Below, piece by piece: positions 1-9,171 of a stretch of 64,000 nucleotides of DNA. Numbering within the stretch: position 1 is the stretch's first letter; each line of letters starts with the position of its first letter. Under the pieces are notes generated by a model that saw only the letters and a program-made list of their open reading frames with translations, did no database searches and had not been told where the DNA came from. Location: IMG/VR virus record IMGVR_UViG_3300034022_000278, positions 1-64,000 of that record; one strand, written 5' to 3'. The DNA comes from a virus. Position numbers and translations under genes: made by a program.

Positions 1-152
1 ATCCAGTTCTGCGGCTCGTTACCATCCAAGATAGGATTAAAATAACTATCCTCGTCAAACAATTGACCTACCAATAAGTCTTTTTGTTCTACTGTTAAAA
101 GACCTACATAGATAGCCTTTTCTTCTGGTGTTAAATCTGATATTTTCATAAT

Positions 153-1778
153 TTATACGTTTCTTGAAAGTGTTGTTTGGAAAGTTTGTACTGCGGTGTA
201 ATAGTTAGCTGCTTCTGTGTCTGTAAGTCCGTCTCCAATAGATGAGAAAGCTTTCTCTCTTGATGAATATAAATCAGGGATTAAATTTCCTGTATTATAA
301 GATGAAATAAAAATATTGTTTGAATTTAAAGAAGTCGAAGGATGTGTATCACTCAGAATTTTAACACCATTTTTAAAAGTATTTTTTACACTTGCTCCCG
401 TTCTATTCCCTAAATGAAAACCAAAACTATTTACATTTGAAGCCTTAATTCCTGCACCATTATCGTTTAATGCTGCAGCTATTAAATCTCCAGAGATTCT
501 TGTTTGCATTAATAAATATGGACTTCCTCCACCTGAACCTGATGAACCTATTTCTACTGAGTTAGATACGATATTTGTTCTTGAATAAACACTTAAATGT
601 GTTGAATTTAAACTTAAAATTGAAGATGGGATTAAAAAAGTATTTGCATAAGCATTAACTCCATTCGGTGTACTTCCCGTACTTGAATGTACCCATCCTC
701 CATTGAAAACCAATCTAAATGCAGCGTCAGTATCCAAAGGATTACGAAGATTATATTTGTGCTGCGTGCTTGTTCCTCCAATAAATGGATAGATTGCTTT
801 CATCTTTGTCCATATTCCGTAGCCTTTTAAGTCAGTTACCAAAGTATTGACTGCATTTGCTTGAGTGACATTTTCTATTACGGCTGCATTCAAGAATGCT
901 TGTGCGTCAGAGTCTGCAACTATTGGCACGCCTACTTGGCGTAATAATTTTGTTTGGAAAGTTTGAACTGCTGTGTAGTAGTTAGCCGCTTCTGTATCTG
1001 TTAAGCCATCTCCAAATGATGAGAATGCACATTCTCTAATGGAATAGTAAATTGGAGAAGTTGCATTATTATAAGCACTAAGTGCATAAGGAACAACATT
1101 ACTATTTACTGATGTACTTGCTATTTCTGAAATTTTAGTTGAATTTTTCCATCCATTTAAAGTACCTACAACGTTTCTATTTGACATAAAAAGACCTAAA
1201 GAATTTGCAGATGCGCCTTGTAAAAAAGAACCGCCATTAAACGCCATATATGTTGTATTCCCATCTCTTGAACGGATATTAGAATTACTTGGGCTGTCAT
1301 CTACACCCATATCAATCATTACAGAACCATTAAAGTCTGTTCTTGAATAGTAACTCATATGCGCATTGTCTTTACTTGTCCAATTACCGCCTTTAAAAAA
1401 GGTATTCGCATAGGCATTTGTTCCATTCGGTTTTGCACCATTTACTGAATGCGTCCATCCACCATTAAATACTAATCTAAATGCACTATCACTATCAACT
1501 GGATTACGAAGATTGAATTTATGTTGAGCTGCCGTTCCTCCAACGAATGGATATAATGCTTTCATTTTAGTCCAAACACCATAGCTTTTAAGAGAAAGAA
1601 CCAAGTTATTTACAGCGTTTTGTTGTACAGGCTCTGTGATCGCAGCATTTGTAATAAACAACTGTGCGTCTGGATCAAATGCTGAGTAGCTCCATATAAG
1701 GGTGCTACCAATGTACACCCTATTTACTTGGGTACTACCAATCTTACAACTTACTATATTAGTTAGCCCTATCTTCAT
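153..1778 (-). CDS. Virion fibre/receptor-binding-like protein with two tandem ~255-aa repeats
   Basis: 541 aa. Two homologous halves (DPDAQLFITNAA...YYTAVQTFQTKL / DSDAQAFLNAA...YYTAVQTFQTTL). N-terminal KIGSTQVNRVYIGSTLIW motif. Lies in the structural block. Confidence 0.55.
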   Translation of the reverse strand: MKIGLTNIVSCKIGSTQVNRVYIGSTLIWSYSAFDPDAQLFITNAAITEPVQQNAVNNLVLSLKSYGVWTKMKALYPFVGGTAAQHKFNLRNPVDSDSAFRLVFNGGWTHSVNGAKPNGTNAYANTFFKGGNWTSKDNAHMSYYSRTDFNGSVMIDMGVDDSPSNSNIRSRDGNTTYMAFNGGSFLQGASANSLGLFMSNRNVVGTLNGWKNSTKISEIASTSVNSNVVPYALSAYNNATSPIYYSIRECAFSSFGDGLTDTEAANYYTAVQTFQTKLLRQVGVPIVADSDAQAFLNAAVIENVTQANAVNTLVTDLKGYGIWTKMKAIYPFIGGTSTQHKYNLRNPLDTDAAFRLVFNGGWVHSSTGSTPNGVNAYANTFLIPSSILSLNSTHLSVYSRTNIVSNSVEIGSSGSGGGSPYLLMQTRISGDLIAAALNDNGAGIKASNVNSFGFHLGNRTGASVKNTFKNGVKILSDTHPSTSLNSNNIFISSYNTGNLIPDLYSSREKAFSSIGDGLTDTEAANYYTAVQTFQTTLSRNV

Positions 1779-2065
1779 TATACAACGAAATAGATAGTTG
1801 TTGCAACTGGTGTAAGTGCAGCATACTCTGCTGCTGTTACAGCCGTTATAGCGTTGGTTGTGTATGTGGTGTTTACGTTCTTCAATATTGAAGTAGTAAA
1901 TCCATCACTAATTACTCCACCCGCATCCTTAAATCTTACTAGTTTATCAGCTTTATTATAAAAATAAGTTGAGTTAGCAACAGATGAAAAGTCAGCACTT
2001 GTATCTGTTACATGCGTATAATTAATTGCTATTGCTGGTGCTCCGATTACTGCTACTACTGCCAT
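1778..2065 (-). CDS. Small fibre-associated protein
   Basis: Ends in VTAAEYAALTPVATTIYFV, a motif typical of phage fibre tips. Stop overlaps the next start. Confidence 0.5.
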   Translation of the reverse strand: MAVVAVIGAPAIAINYTHVTDTSADFSSVANSTYFYNKADKLVRFKDAGGVISDGFTTSILKNVNTTYTTNAITAVTAAEYAALTPVATTIYFVV

Positions 2066-2066
2066 T

Positions 2067-2363
2067 TTATTTTAATTTAATAAGTTCTACAAATGCATCA
2101 AAATCTGCTTTCTGTTCTACCGTCATGTCTACATAGTCAAGTTCTGTGAATTCTTTAGGAATACTATTTTCAATTCCATAAAACTTCATGATTCTTGGGA
2201 TAGGATTGTAGATATTTACAGACAACAATTCTTGTGTGTCTGAAAATTCATTCATAAAGAAATCATACTCTGCTGTCAAAGGATAAATTTCCTTCTTGTT
2301 TTCTAATTCATCATAAGCATAGATTTCTAAGCCTATAATGTCAATCTTTGTAACTGATTCCAT
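2067..2363 (-). CDS. Hypothetical protein (possible fibre chaperone)
   Basis: 98-aa acidic ORF tightly packed after a beta-helix-like gene. Confidence 0.5.
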   Translation of the reverse strand: MESVTKIDIIGLEIYAYDELENKKEIYPLTAEYDFFMNEFSDTQELLSVNIYNPIPRIMKFYGIENSIPKEFTELDYVDMTVEQKADFDAFVELIKLK

Positions 2364-2376
2364 TTTTGTTTATTTA

Positions 2377-3564
2377 TTATAAGTAAATATTTCCTTGATT
2401 GTCTTCTGTATTCACAATTGCTTGGGTAAGATTTACATTAAATGCTGTACCTCCTTGATATGTATTTCCTCTCATAGAAATTGCTTGAGCAGTTCCTCCA
2501 TTGTTTAAATAAGGAGCAGTAGCATTAACTAATTTAAAAATACAATCTACAATAGTATCGGTAATAGATGCCGAAACACCTTGTATTCCATTACCGTTAA
2601 TATTATTCCAATTACATTCAATTGTTGAATTATATATTAAACTACCTGATGCTCCCAAAATTGCACAACTTGATGCTGATTTAAAAATACAATTATATGA
2701 AATTGATGATGATTTAAGCCAAGCTCCAGAACCAGAAGACGATATGCCCTGACAATTATACATTATTCCAACTGCATATAGACCTAATCCAGATGTAGAT
2801 ATTCCAATACATTGATTTAATTCTGTTCCAGCAGGATTAAATATTCCACTTTTAGTTGTTGATAGACCAGTTGAATTAAAACATTTACCACCACCCATGT
2901 TAATCCCATCTCCAGTAACCGATCTTCCAATAGAATTATATATATTTCCACTATCTATATAAATACCATCTGATCCACCAGTTGATACTGCAATACAATT
3001 GTATGTATTTCCTAGATTTGTATTATTTAAAGATCTTCCAGTTGCTTCTATATAACTGTTATATAAACTTCCTTCATTTCTTACACTTGCAAGTCCACTA
3101 CCAGATGCTGAAATACCCCATAAACTACCTCTATTATAAATACAACTTCCTGCATTTTTAAAAAAAGCACCACTACATTTTATTTGAGAAGATGTAGATT
3201 GAACTTTTAAACACAAATTAGTAATATCTGACATTAAAGAATATCCTATTCTAATAATTTTTATGTTGTAAATTTCACAACTTACTGCAACAGAATTATC
3301 AATAAAAGCATTGTAAAAATCTGTACAATTTAATGTATAAGTATGACCATTTCCATTGATATTTACACCAGTTTTTAATATTATCTCTATTGTTCCAGTC
3401 TCTACAACATCTGCAAACATTTCTATTACTTGTCCACTTACTGCTGCTGCCATAGCAAGGGTTAAGGTAGCATAGTATGTATATACTCCAGACGCATTAG
3501 ATATACCGAAGACTCCTGAAGCAGAGCCTCCACCTGATGATTTTATTTGAATTAGTGTACTCAT
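2377..3564 (-). CDS. Beta-helix-like fibre/spike protein
   Basis: Repeated G/S/N/C-rich units (YNCIAVSTGG, YNSIGRSVTG, FNSTGLSTT, YNCQGISSSG) typical of right-handed beta-helices. Confidence 0.55.
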   Translation of the reverse strand: MSTLIQIKSSGGGSASGVFGISNASGVYTYYATLTLAMAAAVSGQVIEMFADVVETGTIEIILKTGVNINGNGHTYTLNCTDFYNAFIDNSVAVSCEIYNIKIIRIGYSLMSDITNLCLKVQSTSSQIKCSGAFFKNAGSCIYNRGSLWGISASGSGLASVRNEGSLYNSYIEATGRSLNNTNLGNTYNCIAVSTGGSDGIYIDSGNIYNSIGRSVTGDGINMGGGKCFNSTGLSTTKSGIFNPAGTELNQCIGISTSGLGLYAVGIMYNCQGISSSGSGAWLKSSSISYNCIFKSASSCAILGASGSLIYNSTIECNWNNINGNGIQGVSASITDTIVDCIFKLVNATAPYLNNGGTAQAISMRGNTYQGGTAFNVNLTQAIVNTEDNQGNIYL

Positions 3565-3577
3565 TAGTATATTTTAT

Positions 3578-4834
3578 TTAGTAAATCTCTCGCCATTGTA
3601 ATGATGCTCCAGCAGTCGTTGCTGTTGCTCCTATATTAGTTGCTGCTATAATATAAATTTCTGAATCCGTAGAATCATAATTTTGTGAAATATAATTTTG
3701 TCTTGCATTTGATGCACTAGGATCTGAGTTTACAGCTCCGCTATTACCTACTGCTGCTGATACATATCCAGTAGCAAACACTAATCCGTCTGTGTAGGAA
3801 GTAGCATCTACACTTACTTCAACGCCTGAACGGGAATCTACAGATGTCCAAGTTGCTCCAGTTAAAAATGATATATTAGGTAATTTTACTACTTTATATA
3901 CAAGAGGTTCTTTTACTGAATATAAACTAAATTCTTGTAATCTTGCAAATAATCTATTTAAATAAGTTTGATAAGTGCTAGTTAATCTAATAGCAATTAT
4001 AGGTAATGTAGCTCCTGCTGCAATAGATCTTAATGTAGTATTCAATGCTGACCAATCTTGTCCTGCATCTGAATCTCCTGCTTCCGATATTACAGTAGAA
4101 CATATTTGATTAAAAGATCCTCCCGTTGTTACTCCAGTATTAAATATTTCACATCTTATGGGCAAATTAGGAGTTGCCATATAAGGTACAGAAATAGTAT
4201 TAGATGTCTTAAATTCGTGAGCAATAATATATTTACCATCAACTAAGAATCCACATCTAACTCTACCTAATCCTAACCAAGTAAAATCTATAAATAAAAA
4301 CTGTGTCTTTGTTATATCTAAATTATAACCTGAATCTCCAGTTCCATTGCATTTATCTACATTCCAATTTGCTTGTGTTATTTTAGAAGCATCACTCGGT
4401 GTACTACTTGTATTTGTTCTAACGCAAAAACTTAATATTCCTGCACCATTTTGTTCAAAGTAAATACCGTCTTTATCATCGTAATATCCCGTTCTCTTAG
4501 TTACATTAGTAACTGCTGCTTTAAAGCAAAAGGTTGAAAATATTAATTGACTTTTTCCAGGGATATAATTATGATAAATTTTTGTTTGATGTATTGCACT
4601 ACTTGTTACACTTGATGTAGTAGTTAATAAAGCTGATGATTGATTAGGATTAAAAGTAATAGTACCTCCACTAACAACTTTATCAAGAAAATTTATATTT
4701 AAACCGTAGACGTGTTTATAATCTCCTAATGTAAATGGTTGAGAAATTCTTTCTCTTCCAAATGCATCAGTGAGCATTGTAGTACCCGCAGTATCCTGTA
4801 GTCTTACTAATCCAGAAGTAATTGCAGTACTCAT
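3578..4834 (-). CDS. Putative virion structural protein
   Basis: 418 aa with DAFGRERIS, YIPGKSQ, DFTWLGLGRVRCG, PNLPIRCEI and a WRE C-terminus, resembling a widespread phage structural family. Confidence 0.55.
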   Translation of the reverse strand: MSTAITSGLVRLQDTAGTTMLTDAFGRERISQPFTLGDYKHVYGLNINFLDKVVSGGTITFNPNQSSALLTTTSSVTSSAIHQTKIYHNYIPGKSQLIFSTFCFKAAVTNVTKRTGYYDDKDGIYFEQNGAGILSFCVRTNTSSTPSDASKITQANWNVDKCNGTGDSGYNLDITKTQFLFIDFTWLGLGRVRCGFLVDGKYIIAHEFKTSNTISVPYMATPNLPIRCEIFNTGVTTGGSFNQICSTVISEAGDSDAGQDWSALNTTLRSIAAGATLPIIAIRLTSTYQTYLNRLFARLQEFSLYSVKEPLVYKVVKLPNISFLTGATWTSVDSRSGVEVSVDATSYTDGLVFATGYVSAAVGNSGAVNSDPSASNARQNYISQNYDSTDSEIYIIAATNIGATATTAGASLQWREIY

Positions 4835-4837
4835 TTA

Positions 4838-5179
4838 TTATACGTTATAAATGATAACTAACTCAGTTCCAGTGCCGTTATAAGCAATAGTTCCTGCTGC
4901 ATAGAAGTTGTTTAAAGCTCCAGCATCAAAGTTTAATGTTTCACCTGGCTTAATTGTACCGCCTAAGAATGTTCCATTTGCAAGTCCTACATTAGATACA
5001 GATATACTGTATACAATTGGAGCAATAGTTCCAGATGCAGTAACTCTGATTAATACTGGTACTCTAGTTGCACCTGTAGTACTTCCAATAGAATTCATTT
5101 TTACAAGTAACTCATTTTGACCAGTTACTTGTGCTTGTGTGTTATTATGGCCTACTATGGCTACATGTTTTTGTGACAT
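4838..5179 (-). CDS. Hypothetical virion protein
   Basis: 113-aa beta-rich ORF in the structural operon. Confidence 0.55.
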   Translation of the reverse strand: MSQKHVAIVGHNNTQAQVTGQNELLVKMNSIGSTTGATRVPVLIRVTASGTIAPIVYSISVSNVGLANGTFLGGTIKPGETLNFDAGALNNFYAAGTIAYNGTGTELVIIYNV

Positions 5180-5201
5180 AATAATTATTTTTAATGTTTT
5201 A

Positions 5202-5357
5202 TTATTTTCCTTTTAGAGCTTCTAACTCTTTGTACATAGTCAGCAATTCTGCTTCCTTTTGTGCAATTAACTCTTCTTGAGTAGGCTCATCTACTTCTAT
5301 AAATACAACCTCAACAAGGCCGTTTTCGTCATATATCTCGTTTCTAACTTGTGCCAT
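5202..5357 (-). CDS. Small coiled-coil protein (possible fibre assembly chaperone)
   Basis: Probable start MAQVRNEIYD at 5357, just after the upstream stop. The track's longer start overlaps the previous gene. Confidence 0.5.
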   Translation of the reverse strand: MAQVRNEIYDENGLVEVVFIEVDEPTQEELIAQKEAELLTMYKELEALKGK

Positions 5358-5368
5358 AATTTTATTAT

Positions 5369-6142
5369 TTATTCTTGTGGTTTTATCCAAATATTTGGTA
5401 CTATTCCTGTTTTATAAGTATTCCAATTAAATGTAGTGGGTGCAGTACCAATTGGGGTAGAAACCATTGAATATCCTACAGTAGGCGTTGGGCCAGAAGC
5501 AAAAGCAGTATTTAATGACATTAAGGCATCACTTGAAATTCCAGTAGTACTGATAGAGGCATTAGGTAAAACTCCTATCCAATATGTTATTCCTTTTAAG
5601 AACTGAAATGCAGTTGTAATTGTTTTTATACCTGTTGTAGAACAATCTATTTGCGCACTTTGATATAATTTTTGACTTGGTACACCCCCAGCATTTGAAT
5701 AAATTAATAATTCCATTAAACCTCCTACTGCAGCAGCGGTAATATTAATGTTTAATGATATTGTAAGAAAATCATTATTTGGCAAAAATGGATTTAAATC
5801 TACTCTACTTACAGAACCGTTGTATACACCCATTGAAGAAGCATTAATTGCTGCATTAAGTCCAAATGCCGAACCAACACCTCCATAATATGGATATATT
5901 CCTGCATTACCCTGCAATCCGCCACCACTTCCACCTGTTGCGTTAACTACAGGATTAGCAGGGTCAGTATTATTTACAGTTACGTTTGTACCCGCAACTA
6001 CAGATTGTACAACATTACCGCTAGTTTCAAGAGTTGTAATTATTCCAAGTGCATTTTTATAACACATTTTGCTAACATTCTTGTCAAAATATATTTCATC
6101 TAAATTTGCAGTTTGTGCGTCTTTAATTTTATACTCAGCCAT
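5369..6142 (-). CDS. Fibre/decoration protein
   Basis: VQSVVAGTNVTV shaft motif, GGSGGG linker and a C-terminal beta domain. Confidence 0.55.
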   Translation of the reverse strand: MAEYKIKDAQTANLDEIYFDKNVSKMCYKNALGIITTLETSGNVVQSVVAGTNVTVNNTDPANPVVNATGGSGGGLQGNAGIYPYYGGVGSAFGLNAAINASSMGVYNGSVSRVDLNPFLPNNDFLTISLNINITAAAVGGLMELLIYSNAGGVPSQKLYQSAQIDCSTTGIKTITTAFQFLKGITYWIGVLPNASISTTGISSDALMSLNTAFASGPTPTVGYSMVSTPIGTAPTTFNWNTYKTGIVPNIWIKPQE

Positions 6143-6144
6143 AA

Positions 6145-6390
6145 TTACGAATTTAATAAGTTTTTAATTTGTTGATATGTTAGAGTATTATATATAGTAG
6201 TATTACCTGCTATATCTCTTGTATCGTAACAATTTAATATTTCTAAAGCTCTACGCTTATTTTTTAATTTATCTAGTGTCTCGCAGCATGCATTTCCAAA
6301 TTGCAATTGCTGCATGTATTTAAATGTCTCTTTTCCAAACTCGCATTGTTTATCCCAAACTAATAACGAGTAATCATCGCACATTGCCAT
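6145..6390 (-). CDS. Small Cys-rich virion protein
   Basis: 81 aa with several Cys. Overlapping stop/start with the upstream gene. Confidence 0.55.
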   Translation of the reverse strand: MAMCDDYSLLVWDKQCEFGKETFKYMQQLQFGNACCETLDKLKNKRRALEILNCYDTRDIAGNTTIYNTLTYQQIKNLLNS

Positions 6391-7025
6391 TAGCTAATTT
6401 TATCAAGTATAAAAGTAGCATTTGATAAATATATCTTAGCTGAATCAGTTGATGTTCCTATAAGATTTATAGTATCTCCTGCAACTAAGGAAATATCTGA
6501 AAGTAAAAATGAAGTACTAAATCTAAAATTTTGTAAAAATGTGGAATAAAATATAGAAGTGTTATTAACATAAGTATCAAGTACTACTCCATTTTTATAA
6601 GCATTATATGTTAAAGACCCTCCTGTAAATAAAGAACTAATTTCAAAAGTTATTTTTGCTGAATAACTGATTCTATATAAAGCTGTTGCTGTTCCTACGG
6701 GTACTGTGTAACTAGTCCCTGTAATATCAGTTGAAGTGGGAGAAGTACCTACACTTCCCATACCTAACCTTTCTGTAGTATAAAATACTTGCTCGCAAGG
6801 ACAAACTCCAGCAGGACCTTGTGGACCTGTTGCGCCCGTAGCACCTGTTGCTCCGTTAGTACCATTAGTACCGTTTGCTCCATTTAGGTTTGGCGTAATA
6901 TAAGTTGTCCCGTCTGTGTATAAATAAGTGAAAGTTCCGTTACCATTAGAGGTAACACTTACTATTCCTTTTCCGTCATTTCCACTTAATAAAGTAATTC
7001 CTTGACAATCTTTACATCCACACAT
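6390..7025 (-). CDS. Collagen-repeat fibre protein
   Basis: GANGTNGTNGATGATGATGPQGPAG Gly-X-Y run and an N-terminal CGCKDC. Confidence 0.7.
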   Translation of the reverse strand: MCGCKDCQGITLLSGNDGKGIVSVTSNGNGTFTYLYTDGTTYITPNLNGANGTNGTNGATGATGATGPQGPAGVCPCEQVFYTTERLGMGSVGTSPTSTDITGTSYTVPVGTATALYRISYSAKITFEISSLFTGGSLTYNAYKNGVVLDTYVNNTSIFYSTFLQNFRFSTSFLLSDISLVAGDTINLIGTSTDSAKIYLSNATFILDKIS

Positions 7026-7036
7026 AATTCTTTATA

Positions 7037-7864
7037 TTAACATCCACCGCAGCCACAGCCACAGTCGACAACCGTTTGACAATAAGTACTAGCTGCAGTA
7101 AGAATAGCTTCTGCAGTATCAAAATCTCCGCATGCAAATGCAGATTGTATTCCGTAGATAAAAATTTCCATTTGATCTACTTGGTCTTTTAATTTTCTTA
7201 CAGTGATAGAATCACATGCATCGATTAAAGCAACAACAAGTCTATCTTTGCAATTACATACATTGCATAAGAATAGTTCATATTGTGTATCATTAGTATA
7301 TTCTGTTGTTGATGTTAATACAGAATAAACTACTTGATATATACCGTCAGGTTGCGACCATGTTTGGTCTACCAAAGCGGTAAAAGGAACTGGAGTAGGA
7401 TTTCCTATTTGTCCAGTGTATAAGTTAATAGTAGGATTTTTAAAAATAAACTGCTCTAAAACAGATACTCCCATTATAACAGTAGATAATACTGACTGAG
7501 AGATATTAACTTGGTAAGTTCCTCCGTTGTTAGCACCTGTACCTGTTATTAATGCTACTATCTTAGTACCTGGAGTTACTCCAATACCTGTTAGATATTG
7601 CCCTACAACGAAAGTACCTGATAAATGTGATACATCTGTAAAAGTAGTTCCTGAGATTGTTCCTGTGCCAAAAGCATTAACAGCTGGAGTATAAGTCCAA
7701 GGGTAAACATTTACAGTTGCTGATACTACAGCAGTTGTATCTATATTAGGAGTTCCCCATCCTGTAGGATTAGTAGTTAGGTTATAGGCATTAGTCTCTT
7801 CATATAAATTAACTAAGTTACATTTATTTCCAAGGGTAAGCGATATTTTAGGTACTAATGCCAT
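7037..7864 (-). CDS. Cys-rich virion (tail hub/collar-like) protein
   Basis: NPTGWGTPN motif and a C-terminal CGCGGC. Downstream of the capsid module. Confidence 0.5.
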   Translation of the reverse strand: MALVPKISLTLGNKCNLVNLYEETNAYNLTTNPTGWGTPNIDTTAVVSATVNVYPWTYTPAVNAFGTGTISGTTFTDVSHLSGTFVVGQYLTGIGVTPGTKIVALITGTGANNGGTYQVNISQSVLSTVIMGVSVLEQFIFKNPTINLYTGQIGNPTPVPFTALVDQTWSQPDGIYQVVYSVLTSTTEYTNDTQYELFLCNVCNCKDRLVVALIDACDSITVRKLKDQVDQMEIFIYGIQSAFACGDFDTAEAILTAASTYCQTVVDCGCGCGGC

Positions 7865-7877
7865 GTTTTAAAGTTTA

Positions 7878-7886
7878 TCAAAGATA
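7878..7886 (-). promoter_or_regulatory. Bacteroidetes sigma70-type -7 element (TATCTTTG)
   Basis: Minus strand reads TTATTATCTTTGATAAACTTTAAAACATG, matching the TAnnTTTG consensus just upstream of the 7864 start. Confidence 0.5.
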
Positions 7887-7907
7887 ATAAAAATTTATGT
7901 ATTTAAA

Positions 7908-7943
7908 TAATTAGGTTGTACTAGAAGTAATACAACCTAATTA
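7908..7943 (-). terminator. Putative intrinsic terminator hairpin
   Basis: Inverted repeat ATAATTAGGTTGTA...TACAACCTAATTAT between genes. Confidence 0.5.
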
Positions 7944-7952
7944 TAAATTTAT

Positions 7953-9086
7953 TTAGTAGTATTCAATAGCAAACTGAAACTTAACATTAGAAAGTGTTCC
8001 ATAATTTGCAACACTAGATAATGGTTCTATTTGTAAATTTAAATAACCTGTTGCCCATACATCCGCTAATAAGCCTGTGTTAGGGTTAATAGCTTGCGAT
8101 ATATATTTATCGCCTATAATATTTACTACTGTACCTCCTTGAGAACTAATACCTGCGGGTAATATCATTTCTCCGTAACGAGTTCCTGGATCTCCTATAT
8201 TAGTAGATACATACGTACCTACAGGAGTACCTGGTATAATGCTGTTAGTGTCCTGGTATCCAGTTAAATTTCCAGATGAAATATATCCACTATTAACTTC
8301 TAATCCTGTAGTAATATCATAAAGTGTAGTTCCTATAGAACCTGCTAATGTAAATGTTGATTTATTTAGTAAGTTAGTATATACTTTTATTTTTGCAATA
8401 CCTGTAGCATACGGATTAAATTTAAAGTATACTCCAGAAGCATTACTAAATACTAAAGGTTTATTTCTCCCATCTTCAGATTCAGAATAAGCACCAAAAG
8501 TTGTACCTCTATTTATATAGTTTGTGCTATTATAAATAGAATAAATAGGATTAGTTGCTAGAGTTCCTCCAGATACTAAACTAGGAATAGTAATAATATC
8601 AGATAAATATTGTGTAGTTGCGGGCGCGCTCCATGTCCAAGCTCCAGGTAGAGGATTCTCTATACAGTAAAATGTATAAGGTTTGCCGTCTGGTGGAACT
8701 GTTGCAGGAACATTAATAGCGTAGTTATTAATTCTTCCTCCTATGTTAGAAGGATATAAAGTAATAATACCGTCAGAATTATTTACTATGATTGTTGTAC
8801 GGCCAGTTTTAGGTTGAGGTAATTTAGCTGCGTAATTAGTTACAGTGACAGTTCTAAATACATTTACTCCGTAATTTAAAACTGCAGTAGTACTTGCACT
8901 AGTATTATTTGCAATTAAATTGTCATAAACATCAGTAAAATCTGGCGTACCAGTACTTTCTAAAGGTACAACAATTCCGTATCTGTTTTTGTATGCTACA
9001 ACATTATTTTCTATACTTTTAAAGATATCTACTTCTAGACCGTCTTCATTTTGTGCATCTCTATTATATTTTTTTTCAATGTTCAT
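7953..9086 (-). CDS. Fibre/decoration protein
   Basis: 377 aa, T/S/N-rich beta protein directly after the capsid operon. Confidence 0.5.
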   Translation of the reverse strand: MNIEKKYNRDAQNEDGLEVDIFKSIENNVVAYKNRYGIVVPLESTGTPDFTDVYDNLIANNTSASTTAVLNYGVNVFRTVTVTNYAAKLPQPKTGRTTIIVNNSDGIITLYPSNIGGRINNYAINVPATVPPDGKPYTFYCIENPLPGAWTWSAPATTQYLSDIITIPSLVSGGTLATNPIYSIYNSTNYINRGTTFGAYSESEDGRNKPLVFSNASGVYFKFNPYATGIAKIKVYTNLLNKSTFTLAGSIGTTLYDITTGLEVNSGYISSGNLTGYQDTNSIIPGTPVGTYVSTNIGDPGTRYGEMILPAGISSQGGTVVNIIGDKYISQAINPNTGLLADVWATGYLNLQIEPLSSVANYGTLSNVKFQFAIEYY

Positions 9087-9109
9087 TGTATAGAATATTT
9101 GTAATAATT

Positions 9110-9159
9110 AAAAATATAGTAGCCCACCACTCGACAGCAAAATTCCGTGGCAGGCTACT
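9110..9159 (-). terminator. Terminator-like hairpin ending the capsid operon, with a 16-nt loop containing UUUUGCUGUC
   Basis: Minus strand: AGTAGCCTGCCAC-ggaattttgctgtcga-GTGGTGGGCTACT followed by ATATTTTT. The G.U pairs work only in the minus sense. Confidence 0.65.
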
Positions 9160-9171
9160 GGGGTTGGAGAA

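Noticed and set aside
153-1778. Diversity-generating retroelement TR/VR pair
   Set aside because: The repeats are in-frame domain duplications with differences not limited to adenines, and there is no reverse transcriptase in the window.
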